64,000 bases of DNA from positions 800,001 to 864,000 of the forward strand of contig OZ240245.1 in NCBI GenBank assembly GCA_965198175.1, written 5' to 3'. How positions within the stretch are numbered: the first letter of the stretch is position 1; each line of letters opens with the position of its first letter. Under the pieces are notes generated by a model. The model did not search any database. It had not been told where the DNA came from and saw only the letters and a program-made list of their open reading frames with translations. The stretch is from Candidatus Poribacteria bacterium. Lineage in GTDB: Bacteria; Poribacteria; WGA-4E; PCPOR2b. Positions 27,093-37,000 of this stretch are shown here, piece by piece. The translations under genes were made by a program, and so were the position numbers.

Positions 27093-27473
27093 TTGTACAC
27101 TACCGTCATCGTTCCATTTGAATTCTATGCGAGTCACAGTTTGTTCGTCCGTGAGACGCCACATACTCATCACTGGACGCTGAGGCTATTTGTGAAAGGT
27201 ATACCGAAAAATGGAATGGTCATCGACATCCTCAAGCTTCGGGAGATTGCCGATCCGCATGTTCAAAAACTTGCCAATACCTATCTGAATGAAAATCCAG
27301 CCTTGACCGAAGAACAGATGGCGTGTCCAACTTGTGAAATGCTGTCCGCCTATTTTTATACGCACGTTTCTGAGGAACTGAGGAAATTTGATGTGCAACT
27401 CCAAGCTGTTGAAGTGGAATTAGGCGAACCCGAAGGTAAAGAGTGGGGATCCGCGCGAATCGAGGCTGACTGA
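27093..27473 (+). CDS. 6-pyruvoyl-tetrahydropterin synthase / QueD-family T-fold protein (PTPS-III-like motif)
   Basis: TTG start after AAGGAG; F.ASH, ETPHTH, GMVID, YLNE, PT.E. Confidence 0.85.
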   Translation: MYTTVIVPFEFYASHSLFVRETPHTHHWTLRLFVKGIPKNGMVIDILKLREIADPHVQKLANTYLNENPALTEEQMACPTCEMLSAYFYTHVSEELRKFDVQLQAVEVELGEPEGKEWGSARIEAD

Positions 27474-27615
27474 GAGAACTTAGGCATCGAAAACCGCCGT
27501 AATTTCGAACGGATTCTTAACGGCATCGATTTACTTTCTTCATCTGATCGATTCAGTTTACTCTCAAAATTGACGTAAAACGTGATTGAGTTATGCTGAT
27601 TTTGGCAGGTAGAGG

Positions 27616-28665
27616 TCAGATGCTTCCGACGCCGTGTGCCAGTCCTGTTTTCCGCCATGCATCTTCAAAACTCTTCTCTAAACTTTTAATGTCTTTTAGG
27701 ATTTGCTCTGCAGCATAAGCCCGCCGAAACCAGAAGTTATCAAGTTCACTCTGCAATTCAAGTGGATCTATGTAGTGCTGCTTGACTCCATAAGTACTTC
27801 TGATTAACTGGACAAACCACATATGGGGTGCCAAAGAGATATCCTTTAGATTGACCTTGTTTGCTCCGCAGTATTCCTTGATTAAAACGACAGCCTTCTC
27901 TCTCCAATCTGATAAACAAAGGTTTTCTGGAGGAAGGGCAACTCTTCCGATTTCATACGAGATCAAAAAGGGGGTTGGAGGGTTAAAATCAATCACGGCG
28001 GCAAGCTCGGCACCTTTGAACATAAGATTTGGGCCGCCGTAGTCATTATGAATGACCTGAGTCGTTAAATCGGAAACTTTGTTGAGTACTTTAGGCACCT
28101 CTTTCAACAACTCTTTCCGCTTTAGAAGCAGTTCGTATGTTTTCTCATCAAAGTCATCTCGCTTCTCCTTATGCTCTATTATCTTGAAATACCCGTCAAT
28201 CTCTTTCGCTTTCTCGCTTTCATCGAAGTTCAACCACTTCACAGTAGTAGAAGCCCGATTCGTTTTTACACGCTTGAAGTGGCGATGAATGTCTCCAAGA
28301 ACTCTACCGGCTTCCGCCATCTGGTCAATTGAGAGTCCCTCGTGGGATGTTGCTCCGGGAATGTACTCGAAAAGTGTGAAAGCCATGTCGCCATCCACAC
28401 ACATCAGATTTCCAGATTGCGTCCGAATGATTTCAGGTGTGGGAATACCACATTGATACGCATATTCAGAGAGTTCAAGCGCTTCTCTTTCGCCCCGAAG
28501 ATCCGAAGTCCTATGATACTCTTTAACGAAAAAGCGACCTTCTAGCGTACACAATAGCCAGTTTCTTGTCCCCATCCCCTTGTATATTCTCGTCAGGGAG
28601 TCCACATCCATTTTGTAATGAGCTTCCACGCACCTAGCGATATGCGTTTTACTTTCATTTCTCAT
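27616..28665 (-). CDS. Aminoglycoside phosphotransferase / homoserine kinase type II family
   Basis: GMGTRN, FVK, HNDY..PNL, VIDF. Confidence 0.85.
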   Translation of the reverse strand: MRNESKTHIARCVEAHYKMDVDSLTRIYKGMGTRNWLLCTLEGRFFVKEYHRTSDLRGEREALELSEYAYQCGIPTPEIIRTQSGNLMCVDGDMAFTLFEYIPGATSHEGLSIDQMAEAGRVLGDIHRHFKRVKTNRASTTVKWLNFDESEKAKEIDGYFKIIEHKEKRDDFDEKTYELLLKRKELLKEVPKVLNKVSDLTTQVIHNDYGGPNLMFKGAELAAVIDFNPPTPFLISYEIGRVALPPENLCLSDWREKAVVLIKEYCGANKVNLKDISLAPHMWFVQLIRSTYGVKQHYIDPLELQSELDNFWFRRAYAAEQILKDIKSLEKSFEDAWRKTGLAHGVGSI

Positions 28666-28986
28666 CTATATACGTCCCCATACGAAAGCAACGCCTTGGA
28701 TCGGGGGGATTGCAAATTGCCATTCTGATTTGGAGTGAGTTGTTGGGGTCTTTCTACGAAAGCCTCTATACATGGATTCATTTTATGATGAACACCTAAA
28801 AAAGTCAAGTCGTTTCACCGGTACTTCAGATTTTATGCTTCAACACGGTTAGTTAATCTACCCAGTGGAAAAACCCAGCGCCGCCTATATTTTCTTGACG
28901 TCCGGTAGGAGTTATGCTATCGTTTGAGCTTACGCGCATTCTGATAACCAATTCAGTTGGTAGACTCAATGCCTACATAAAAAGAT

Positions 28987-29814
28987 ATGGAGCTATTGCA
29001 CATTAATCTCGAAGTTTCACCCGCTGGGAAAATCCCAATCCTTGTAAGAAGATGGGGACATGGGCCCAGAGTGCTGCTTGTACATGGCTGGCTAGATACA
29101 AGCCTGAGATGGAACGATCTCAGTGATAGGCTTAGTCGGCATTATGAGGTGTGGGCGCTCGATCTGCCTTCGTTTGGACAAACTCCTGCGCTTTCGCTGT
29201 GTTATACAACACTTGAGATTTATGCGGCAATCCTCGCCAAATTTATTCGGCATATTACAAATAAGGAGGAATTACACGGTTTGTTGGGTCATTCAATGGG
29301 AGCGCAGCTATCGCTGCTATTGCTTAAGAGTATGCTTCCCGCGAAGCGTGTGATTGTGTGCGGCGCGCCCGTAGCTGGAGTGAAATGGGTCAAACCGCTT
29401 ACGAATCAGCCGGATTTTGTGACAGAGTGTTTAACAATATTCCAGACCCTGCCAATCGGACTCCAGATACCTTTAGTCAAACTCGGTAAATTCGTTGCAC
29501 TCAGATCGTGGAACGCTGTGAAAAATGAGCAGCAGACCTTGGATGGTGTCGATGTGCGAGCTGCAGCAGTACTTCTGAAACAGGTGTGTGCCTGCGACCT
29601 CCTGGATAATCTCGAGCCCTGTTCAGCAGACGTATTGGTAATTCATGGACAGTATGATCCGTATGTTTCCCGCCCCGTCTCCGAGCGGTTAGCCGAAAAG
29701 CTCAACGGGCAATTTTACCAATTTCAAGGCACGCATCACGCACCGATGGTTGAAAAGCCCCAGCACTTTTATCGCGTCATTAAAGATTTCTTGGATAAAG
29801 CCCAGCAGTTATGA
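28987..29814 (+). CDS. Alpha/beta hydrolase
   Basis: HGW, DLPSFG, GHSMG, G..D, H..M.EKP. Confidence 0.9.
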   Translation: MELLHINLEVSPAGKIPILVRRWGHGPRVLLVHGWLDTSLRWNDLSDRLSRHYEVWALDLPSFGQTPALSLCYTTLEIYAAILAKFIRHITNKEELHGLLGHSMGAQLSLLLLKSMLPAKRVIVCGAPVAGVKWVKPLTNQPDFVTECLTIFQTLPIGLQIPLVKLGKFVALRSWNAVKNEQQTLDGVDVRAAAVLLKQVCACDLLDNLEPCSADVLVIHGQYDPYVSRPVSERLAEKLNGQFYQFQGTHHAPMVEKPQHFYRVIKDFLDKAQQL

Positions 29815-29836
29815 ATTGATAAGGGGAGAAGGCATT

Positions 29837-30616
29837 ATGAAGTTGGCAGGTCGGGTCGCTATTGTCACAGGTGCTGGAAGGGGTGTCGGTCGTGGAATCG
29901 CGCTTGAGTTAGCGCTGAATGGTGCCAATGTGGTAGTCGCTGACCTAAATCTGGACACAGCCGAAGCAGTAGCCGATGAGATCGACAGCCTGGAACGGAA
30001 TGCGCTGCCGCTGCTAGTAGATGTGACCGTTCAATCCCAGATGTGCGCGATGGTGGCTAAAGCTGTCACAGAATTGGGAAGGCTCGATATCATGGTCAAC
30101 AACGCTGGCGTTGGACACGTCAAACCCTTCTTGGAAATCACTGAGGATGAGTGGGACAAGGTATTTGCGGTAAATCTGAAGGGAATGCTTTTCGGCATGC
30201 AGGCAGCAGCCAAAGCAATGATTAACCAAGAGCGGTGTGGTCGAATCGTAAACATCTCCTCGGTAGCCGGCAAATCTGGACGACCCGTCCTAGCATCCTA
30301 CGCCGCTAGCAAAGCCGCCGTAATCAACCTGACCCAATCGGCGGCGATGGCGCTAGCACCCCACAATATTACAGTGAACGCAATATGTCCCGGCGTTGTG
30401 GATACCCACATGGGAAAATCAGTCATTGCTCAGATGCAGGCATACGTGGACGAAGGTAAGATACCGGAAGAACTCATTCGCATACCTGAAGCACCGCTGG
30501 GACCGAGAGCCGAGCCCGAAGACATCGCCAAGATGGCGGCTTTTCTGGCGAGCGATGATGCAGATTATATCACAGGACAGTCTATCAACGTTGATGGCGG
30601 TAGGTGTACACATTAA
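29837..30616 (+). CDS. Short-chain dehydrogenase (acetoin/sorbitol dehydrogenase-like)
   Basis: TGAGRGVG, NNAG, YAASK. Confidence 0.92.
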   Translation: MKLAGRVAIVTGAGRGVGRGIALELALNGANVVVADLNLDTAEAVADEIDSLERNALPLLVDVTVQSQMCAMVAKAVTELGRLDIMVNNAGVGHVKPFLEITEDEWDKVFAVNLKGMLFGMQAAAKAMINQERCGRIVNISSVAGKSGRPVLASYAASKAAVINLTQSAAMALAPHNITVNAICPGVVDTHMGKSVIAQMQAYVDEGKIPEELIRIPEAPLGPRAEPEDIAKMAAFLASDDADYITGQSINVDGGRCTH

Positions 30617-30692
30617 CTTGATCGAGAAAGGCGCTTGGAGATTTCAGACGACATTCCTAGAACCCTGAAATTGGAATTTTGGATAAGAGAAT

Positions 30693-32093
30693 TTGGAAAA
30701 CCTCGCCATGCGCGTTACTTCTACCGTACTCAATGCTGTGATTCGAGAGTTGCAGGTGCTTCTCAGGGAGCGGGTTTCCACCTCCGTTGCCGTGCTTGCG
30801 GATCGTAGCAGCGATGAATCCTATCATAAGCCGCGGCTTCCAGACGCAGTCTGCTTTCCCTATTCGACGAAAGAGGTTGCGAAAATTGTCAAGATTTGTG
30901 CCGCCCGCAGCACGCCAATCGTCCCGTTTGGCACCGGCACCGGAGTCGAAGGGAATGCGATTGCACTGCACGGCGGTATCTGCATTGACCTTTCCCACAT
31001 GAAGGATATCCTAGCAGTGAATCCCTCAGATCTTGACTGCACTGTCCAAGCCGGCGTCACTCGCAAGCAATTGAATGAACACTTGCGAGACACCGGCTTG
31101 TTCTTTCCAATCGATCCCGGCGCTGATGCTTCCATTGGTGGAATGGCATCAACTCGCGCAAGCGGCACCAACGCTGTCCGCTATGGAACGATGTTGGAGA
31201 ACGTACTTGGGTTTAGGGTAGTGCTGCCAGATGGGGGGATTATAAGAACTTCGCGCCGAGCGCGGAAATCGTCCGCAGGCTACGATTTGACGCGGTTGTT
31301 CGTGGGTTCAGAAGGAACGCTCGGCATCATTACCGAAATCACACTTAGACTCTACGGGGTACCAGCGGCAATTTCTGCGGCGGTTGTCTCCTTCACGGAT
31401 ATCGAAGGGGCGGTCAGTGCCGTTATCCGAACAATTCAGTTAGGTGTTCCGGTAGCACGAATCGAACTCCTGGATGAAGTTCAAATGGAAGCAGTTAACA
31501 AATATTCTAGCCTCAATTATCCGGTTCAGCCGACCCTATTCATGGAGTTTCACGGCACTGAAGCCGGCGTCAAAGAGCAGGCGGAGATGGTGGAGACAAT
31601 CGTCTCGCAATTCGGCGGGGGCGGTTTTCAGTGGGCGATTGAGGCAGAAGCGCGTAACAAGTTGTGGCAGGCTCGACACGATGCTTTCTATGCCGCAACG
31701 GCACTGCGGCCCAATTGTAAAGGCTGGCCAACTGATGTCTGTGTGCCAATCTCACGGCTCGCCGAATGCATTGTTGAAACCAAAAAAGATCTCCAGGACT
31801 CATTCCTAATCGCGCCAATTCTTGGCCACGTGGGCGACGGTAACTTCCACGTGATTTTCCTCATCCGTCCTGACAACCCCAAGGAAATCGCCGAAGCGGA
31901 GCGTCTAAATGAACGGCTCGTAATGCGGGCACTGGCGTTGGATGGCACTTGCACCGGCGAACATGGGGTTGGAATGGGAAAAATGAAGTTCCTGCGAGCG
32001 GAGCACGGTGACGCAATTGACCTGATGCACGCTATCAAGCGGACAATCGACCCACAGAACATCATGAATCCGGGAAAGGTTCTCAGTACCTAA
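30693..32093 (+). CDS. FAD-linked oxidase, D-lactate dehydrogenase (cytochrome)/GlcD family
   Basis: FPIDPGADA, GSEGTLG, HVGDGNFH, GEHGVG, NPGK. Confidence 0.93.
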   Translation: MENLAMRVTSTVLNAVIRELQVLLRERVSTSVAVLADRSSDESYHKPRLPDAVCFPYSTKEVAKIVKICAARSTPIVPFGTGTGVEGNAIALHGGICIDLSHMKDILAVNPSDLDCTVQAGVTRKQLNEHLRDTGLFFPIDPGADASIGGMASTRASGTNAVRYGTMLENVLGFRVVLPDGGIIRTSRRARKSSAGYDLTRLFVGSEGTLGIITEITLRLYGVPAAISAAVVSFTDIEGAVSAVIRTIQLGVPVARIELLDEVQMEAVNKYSSLNYPVQPTLFMEFHGTEAGVKEQAEMVETIVSQFGGGGFQWAIEAEARNKLWQARHDAFYAATALRPNCKGWPTDVCVPISRLAECIVETKKDLQDSFLIAPILGHVGDGNFHVIFLIRPDNPKEIAEAERLNERLVMRALALDGTCTGEHGVGMGKMKFLRAEHGDAIDLMHAIKRTIDPQNIMNPGKVLST

Positions 32094-32188
32094 TGGGTTG
32101 TTGGTGATTATCACTGGGAAGCAAGTCTCCAATACATCGGAGGCTAGGACTTGGAACCTTTGGGTTTGATACGAACTAATCCTTGAAT

Positions 32189-33352
32189 TCAAATCCTATG
32201 CCCAGGTCTGTAGAGACCTTCGCCTGATGTTGCATGTATTGATGCCTGCGGTGCGTCTTCATAAGCGATTCGGTAACACCGGTAGACCCCTCTGTTGATA
32301 CTAGAACCCGCTGCATACGGCTCAAAGCTGAAACTTAGATACGGGTTTACATATTCCCACACAATCTCGCCCGCCGCCGTAATCTCGAACAGTCGCCCGC
32401 CAGTGGCATCCAGGGAGAACGTGTTGCCGTTGGGAAGTCGCTGAATCGACCCCCAAGCTGTGCTAAAAAACTGACTTCTATGGCGGCCCTGCAGGCTAGA
32501 GAAATGTGTCCGCTCCCAATTCGGGGGTAGATAGCTGTACTCCCAGACAATCTCGTTGGTTTTTGGGTTTATTTCCAGAAGACGCGTGTAGTTCCGCCAT
32601 TTCAATGGATACCCGCTTTGTCCGCCGTTATCATAGACAATTATGTTGCCATTTTCAATCATGTTCGGGTGATGCGGACCAACGAGGTTATCATACTTCC
32701 ACAGAAACCTTCCAGTCGTTTTGTCAACGATGGCAATCATACCAACTTCTCGGAAACATGTTGAGATGTTCCCATCAGGCATAACCTCTAGTGTGTTGGT
32801 GTGTAGCCAGTCTACGCCTCCATTTCTAAGCCCACGTTCTCGAATTAGGCGCTTCGCCTCCGGACTAAACTCAAAGTCATCGTAATGGTCGATAGAACGC
32901 CATTCCCAGACAATTTCACCGGACGGCGTGACTTCGATGAAGCGATCATCATAGATCGGCTTATCCGATATCCGCGGTTCGCTGATTCCCAACTCCCGCG
33001 TAAGTATCATTGTGTTTCCGTTGTCCAATCGAACGAAGTCATGATGCGCATTCTTATCACGGTATTCCCAGACAACGCGGCTATCCCAGTCGAGTTCCTT
33101 GACCCCGAAACGGTTAACGAAAACGAGCAGATTCCCCTTCGGTAAATATTTGTGATACCATGTCGTCCCGATCGTGGTCCCGTGATTTTCATCGTCCTTT
33201 TGCATATTCACCGCCCACATATGAACCACTTCGCCGTTCATGTCTATCATGTACACATATGGACTGAGATGTGGAGCATAGACAGTGTACCCATTGTAGC
33301 ATTTCTCGGGCTTATATACGGTCAGCCCCGTAGGCCATTCCAAAACGGACAT
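32189..33352 (-). CDS. Arylsulfotransferase (ASST)-like beta-propeller protein, no signal peptide
   Basis: HHD, DWLHTN, H.P, YDNG, QRLPNGNT, VWEY repeats. ATG follows GGAGG. Confidence 0.85.
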   Translation of the reverse strand: MSVLEWPTGLTVYKPEKCYNGYTVYAPHLSPYVYMIDMNGEVVHMWAVNMQKDDENHGTTIGTTWYHKYLPKGNLLVFVNRFGVKELDWDSRVVWEYRDKNAHHDFVRLDNGNTMILTRELGISEPRISDKPIYDDRFIEVTPSGEIVWEWRSIDHYDDFEFSPEAKRLIRERGLRNGGVDWLHTNTLEVMPDGNISTCFREVGMIAIVDKTTGRFLWKYDNLVGPHHPNMIENGNIIVYDNGGQSGYPLKWRNYTRLLEINPKTNEIVWEYSYLPPNWERTHFSSLQGRHRSQFFSTAWGSIQRLPNGNTFSLDATGGRLFEITAAGEIVWEYVNPYLSFSFEPYAAGSSINRGVYRCYRIAYEDAPQASIHATSGEGLYRPGHRI

Positions 33353-33472
33353 TTTTTTTACACCTCCGGACATTATGCCGTGAGTTTTCGATGCGTCTAC
33401 AACTAAAATAACCTTGCGAAAATTTGGAACCATCGCAAGGTTAATCTCTTATAGAAACTCCATGAAAATGCC

Positions 33473-33706
33473 TTATTTTTCGTTAAGATCGAGGGCGACA
33501 TACCGATAGCCAATTGCTTTGAGCCGATCCACAATTGATTGGCGCATCTTGACAGCTCGATTAAAATCTGATTCCGGCACCTGGATGCGTACAATAGTTC
33601 CATGATGGGAGACCGACGCCCCTTCAATGCCCAGTTCAATCAGATGTCTCTCTGCAAGTTCAATCAACTCATCTACGTTTGGCGTCTGGTCGGTGTTCGA
33701 TGTCAT
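33473..33706 (-). CDS. 77-aa protein resembling the C-terminal domain of LarE/TIGR00268 sulfur transferases
   Basis: AE..L..LG, V.HHG.IVRI.V, R..IV..LK..GYRYVALDL. ATG follows GGAG. Confidence 0.7.
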   Translation of the reverse strand: MTSNTDQTPNVDELIELAERHLIELGIEGASVSHHGTIVRIQVPESDFNRAVKMRQSIVDRLKAIGYRYVALDLNEK

Positions 33707-33847
33707 CCCATCCACTCTCCCTTTGACGAACTGAGTGAGTTTATTGAGTAGTAAATAGAAAGTTTGAGCAAGATTTCCAAAACGACGATTTCGACGGTTC
33801 TGACGATTTGCGGATCCACTTAACCTGCTCTTGATAGACACTTCGAG

Positions 33848-33876
33848 AGTGTAGCATACGCTGGGCAGGATCTCAA
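33848..33876 (-). promoter_or_regulatory. sigma70-like promoter with extended -10
   Basis: TTGAGA, 17 bp ending TGC, TACACT; divergent from the alpha-2-macroglobulin gene. Confidence 0.5.
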
Positions 33877-34018
33877 GGCAAAAACCGTCACCTCCACGCT
33901 TTCCAGTTCCGCTCCCATCAACATTGCCTTTACCAAGTCTCCATGTTAAACTTTAAACGTTAAGGGTGAGAATATAGTCAAACCAATAATAAATGGAACT
34001 GTCAAGGAGGCAACAGCC

Positions 34019-37000
34019 ATGAGACTCAATAACAAGCAGCTAATCGCCATCATCGGTGTCCTCTCCGTCATCATTATTGCCGGGGCGGTTTATATTGGAA
34101 TCCAGAACGCCAAAGGAACGATTCACGTCTTCGTCGAGTCGTTCTCGCCCCAAGGTCAAGTCAAACCGCATGGGAATTTCACCATTACGTTCTCGCATCC
34201 TATCGTTGATAATGCTATGCTCAACCAAGATCTGGATGAGTTTCCGGTCAAGTTCTCTCCTCAGATCCCGGGCAAATTTCGCTGGATCGAACAAAACACG
34301 CTCCGTTTCTTCCCGGTAGTCTCACTTTCCCCGTCTACCGAATACATGGCTGAGGTATCTCCGCAGACTCCCCCATCCCCAAATTTTACTTTTACTGGGA
34401 AACGCAAGTTTGCTTTTTTCACCGAGCGTTTTCAGGTTCGGAGCTCTCGACTTGCATTTGAATACAGTACCAAAAAAAAGAGCCATGCGAAGATTCTCGG
34501 AGTCGTCGAATTTAATTATCCTGTCAGTGTCGCAATGCTGAGAGAACAGCTCTCGATTTCTCACGATGGGGGTGCGAAAATTCCTTACCATATACGTACG
34601 AGTGAACCAGAGGCTGACATCGTTGAATTAGAAACTGAAGAAGTCGCACGGGGTGACAGCGATCAGCACATCCATATGGTAATCGAGAGCGGATTCAAGC
34701 CAATCAACGGTCAGCTCGGTCTTGAGAAGGCTCATATCACACCAATTGTTCTGAAGAGGCACGACGATCTGCTTATCACCAGTGTATCCGCGCGGGGTAG
34801 CAGAGAGGGGCGTTATATTCAGGTTCAGGTGAGTTCGAACGTTGATATCGGACGCGTCAATCCGTATCTAACAATCGAACCCGAGATAGATTATCAACTC
34901 GCAAGCCAATATCGCTATCTCAAAATTCGGGGCGATTTCAAGCCCGGCGATCGCTATACCGTCACAGTTAAACAGGGATTGCGTGCCAAAGACGACGCAG
35001 TGCTCCGGCAGGAGTTCTCCACAACGGTGACCATCCCAAACCTGAATCCGAGTCTCCGTTTCATCGGTGAGGGACGCTATCTACCCAGAGATGGCGCATT
35101 GAACCTCGGTTTGGCGACAATTAACGTCAACAAAGTGCAGATTGAAATCGAGAAGGTGTTTGCAAACAATCTTGTTTATCTCGCTAGTGTGCAGAATTGG
35201 CGAGACTGGGCACAGAATCTTGGAAGTTCCATCCACCGTGAGGAGGTTGAAATTCAGTCGGTGCTCAATGACGAGGTGACCACGCCCATTCCTTTGAAGG
35301 ATTACCTATCGGACGATCACATCGGCATCTTTAAGGTGACGGCGCGTGATATCGACCGTCGTTGGCGACGCGCGACGCAGTGGGTCATGCTCACCGACCT
35401 CGGCGTCATGGCGAAAAAGACGACGGATGCGTTGTGGGTGTGGGTCAACTCGCTCTCCTCGCTGCGTCCGATTCCTTATGCAAAGATTGAACTGATGAGC
35501 CATAACAACCAGACCTTGTTGAGTGGTACGACCAATGCGGATGGTTGGGTCAAGTTTACGTCTATTGCAGAGAAGATTAAGGATTTCACGCCGTTCATGA
35601 TCACTGCTGCCAAGGGGGACGATCTCGCCTTCATCCAGTTGAATCAGCACAAACTCCCTACAACCGATTTCGATGTTTCAGGCGCGGCGTACCTGAGTGG
35701 GGGTTATGAGGCGTTTATCTACACCGACCGCGGTGTGTACCGCCCCGGGGAGGTCACCAACGTCGTGGGGATCGTGCGTGGAGAAAAGCGCGCGACACCG
35801 GCACCATTTCCTGTGTTGATACAGGTGTTGGGCCCGGATCATCGAATAATGCGAGAGTTCCGCGCTCAAACCGATTCGGAAGGCGCGTGCGAATTTCAGA
35901 TTCCGCTGCCGTCTTATGTGAAAACAGGAAGATATACTGCCAAACTGTTGGTTGCCGAACGGGAAATCGGACGTTCCCACTTTCAAGTTGAGGAATTTAT
36001 GCCGGATCGAATCAAGGTCGAACTCAACGCTGACAAGACGGTCTATGCCCTTGGAGATGAGGCGCAGATTAACGTTGCGGCGGTGAACCTTTTTGGACCA
36101 CCGGCGGTGGGGAGACGGGTGCAGGCGGCTTGCGATATTGAGGTGGACAACTTTGCTCCGGCAGAATGGCGTTCATTCACATTCAACGATGCGGAGATTG
36201 GGTTCCAGAAACAACGGATCAATCTCGGAGAAACGCAAACGGACGAAAATGGTCAATCGACCTATCTGCTCACGATTCCCACGGGTCTGAAATCCCCATC
36301 CGCGTTGCGCGGTGTCCTCGTTGCGACCGTCAGCGAGCCGGGCGGCAGAGCCGTGAGTACCTACCAACGCATCACTATCCACCCCTACTCCCATTACCCC
36401 GGTATCCGGCGGGGATCGGAAGGGTATGCGAAAATCAACGCGGAGACCCGGTTTGAGTACATCGCCCTCGACAAAGAGGGGACACCAGCGGCAGGACGGG
36501 ATCTGGAGTTGACGATTTCTAAACTTCAATGGAACTCTATTCTCAGACGTGACAGCCGCGGACGCTATGAATATATTTCAGCAAAGCAGGGCATCCAAGT
36601 CGAATCGTACCCGCTGACATCGTCCGACAGTATCGAATCCTTCGTCTTTACACCGGGCGAATACGGCGAATACGGGGTTCAGCTCAGAGATGTGGCATCG
36701 GGTGCATCAACGTCAACGAAGTTCTACGTCTCCGGCTGGGGCTACGCGCCTTGGGCGATGGACCAGCCGGGCCGTTTGGAGATTGACCTTGATAAAGCGT
36801 CATACCAGCCGGGCGAGGTTGCTAAGGCACAGATTAAGGCGCCCTTCTCCGGCAAACTTATTCTAACAATCGAGCGGGGAAACCCCATAAGTTATCGGAC
36901 GGTCATGCTGAACGAGAACACAGCCGTGATCGACATCCCGGTTCTCGCCGAGTACAAACCTAACGTCTACATCTCTGCTAGCCTCATCCGTTCGACAAGT

